From NCBI GenBank assembly GCA_002269645.1, contig NIVC01001204.1, forward strand, positions 62,001 through 126,000: a stretch of DNA of 64,000 nt, written 5' to 3'. Below are positions 63,013-64,000 of this stretch, piece by piece (position 1 is the first letter of the stretch; every line of letters begins with the position of its first letter). This DNA is from Macrostomum lignano (taxonomy: Eukaryota). The notes beneath the pieces are model-generated. The model was given only the letters and a program-made list of their open reading frames with translations, was not told the origin of the DNA and ran no database searches. The translations under genes and the position numbers were made by a program.

Positions 63013-64000
63013 TTGCTGCATCCGCTTCGAGGGAGTATGTCCACTGCGTTGGTGATGTGGCTCTGCGTTTTTTCCGAGTTTTTTCTGAGCTCTATGCAAG
63101 CTTGATTGAGGTAGCTTGGTCAGTCTGTGTGATATTTTGGTGGTTGTTGTAGACAGCTAGGCAGGAGAGGCTTGGTAGAACTACAGGCTAGCTTGTCTCT
63201 CTATGCGGAAATGTTGAGACGATTTGAGCTAGTAGCATGGAGCCAGTTATTTTTGTCTCCCTTGATCTTCACTTTTAGCATCGTGATGACTGCGATATTG
63301 CTACTTTCAGAGGGGAGACGAAAAGGAACACGATACGAAAACGACTTTGTCTATGGCAGTCACGAGCCAATAGGACGGAACGGGGAGGAAAGGGAATGCT
63401 TAAAGGGAAGATAATGTACATCAGCAATAATGTACATTTTAGCCAGTCCACTGAAATGTACATGGCGCTTTAGGCTGGAATTCCGAGAAAGACAATAAAA
63501 ATTAGGGTGGGGCGAAGGGTCGTATGGAAAGGCGCTGTTGGAGGGTTTCAGCTTGGGGGTAAAAACCAATAAATGAGCCTTGGTGTTAAAAATACATTAA
63601 AATGGTTCTGTTTAACTTACTACTGAACCAAAAGTAGTTTACACGCAAATGTGCTGAGTAGCCCATCCAATTATTATAGTATCTGCCCTGGGTCTTCCCT
63701 GGGCCCCTGGCGAGGTGGGTGGAGAGAGGAGGTGGCCGTTGGGTTTGTTTACAAGCTGTCGTGGTGTGGAAAAAGTATAACGTGTAAACTAAGAAAGCCT
63801 GATTGTCTATGGCTAACGCTTCTCTTTCATCATTTCTAACCTAAATATCACGTGATGTATAATCGTACAGTCATGCAGTCCCTCGGCGAGTGCTCAGAAA
63901 CGCAAGGAATTCACACATGAAATGCACAGCAGCTTTCGTTTTCCGCTTGCCATACCATTTTCAACCGTTTTTGAAGTGACTTTTCAAAAAAAAACTTTTG

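Overview
Eukaryotic (metazoan) genomic DNA with GT-AG introns and a very high minisatellite load; the style resembles a flatworm such as Macrostomum, but that is inference only. Supported protein-coding content: (1) the last exon of an SPSB/gustavus-type SOCS-box gene (568-827, +); (2) a complete six-exon peroxisomal acyl-CoA oxidase 3 gene, join(3415..3558,4406..4847,6413..6854,7615..8083,9475..10125,13418..13537), about 755 aa, ending in the PTS1 signal -ARL; (3) an apparently intronless 233-aa orphan ORF (15481-16182, -); (4) two DUF229 (alkaline-phosphatase/sulfatase-fold) paralogues arranged tail-to-tail: copy A join(50056..50246,51123..51838,52298..53091,55000..55305) on + and copy B complement(join(57890..58210,58326..59119,61812..62527,62822..63012)). 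About 20 distinct tandem arrays (4-40 bp units) fill introns and intergenic space. The largest is a ~28-kb array of a 30-bp unit (17618-45975, plus 46700-48610) whose + strand has no stop codon in any frame, which explains the 8843-aa ORF. One tRNA-headed CORE/V-type SINE lies in an intron of DUF229 copy B. Most ORFs in the supplied track are translations of repeats or antisense shadows. The most notable signals are the mosaic identity of the inverted DUF229 pair (probable gene conversion), intron-private minisatellites abutting splice sites, the giant stop-free array with a signal-peptide-like leader, a SOCS box split by an insertion, and the orphan gene. No clearly new multi-gene system can be demonstrated from sequence alone.
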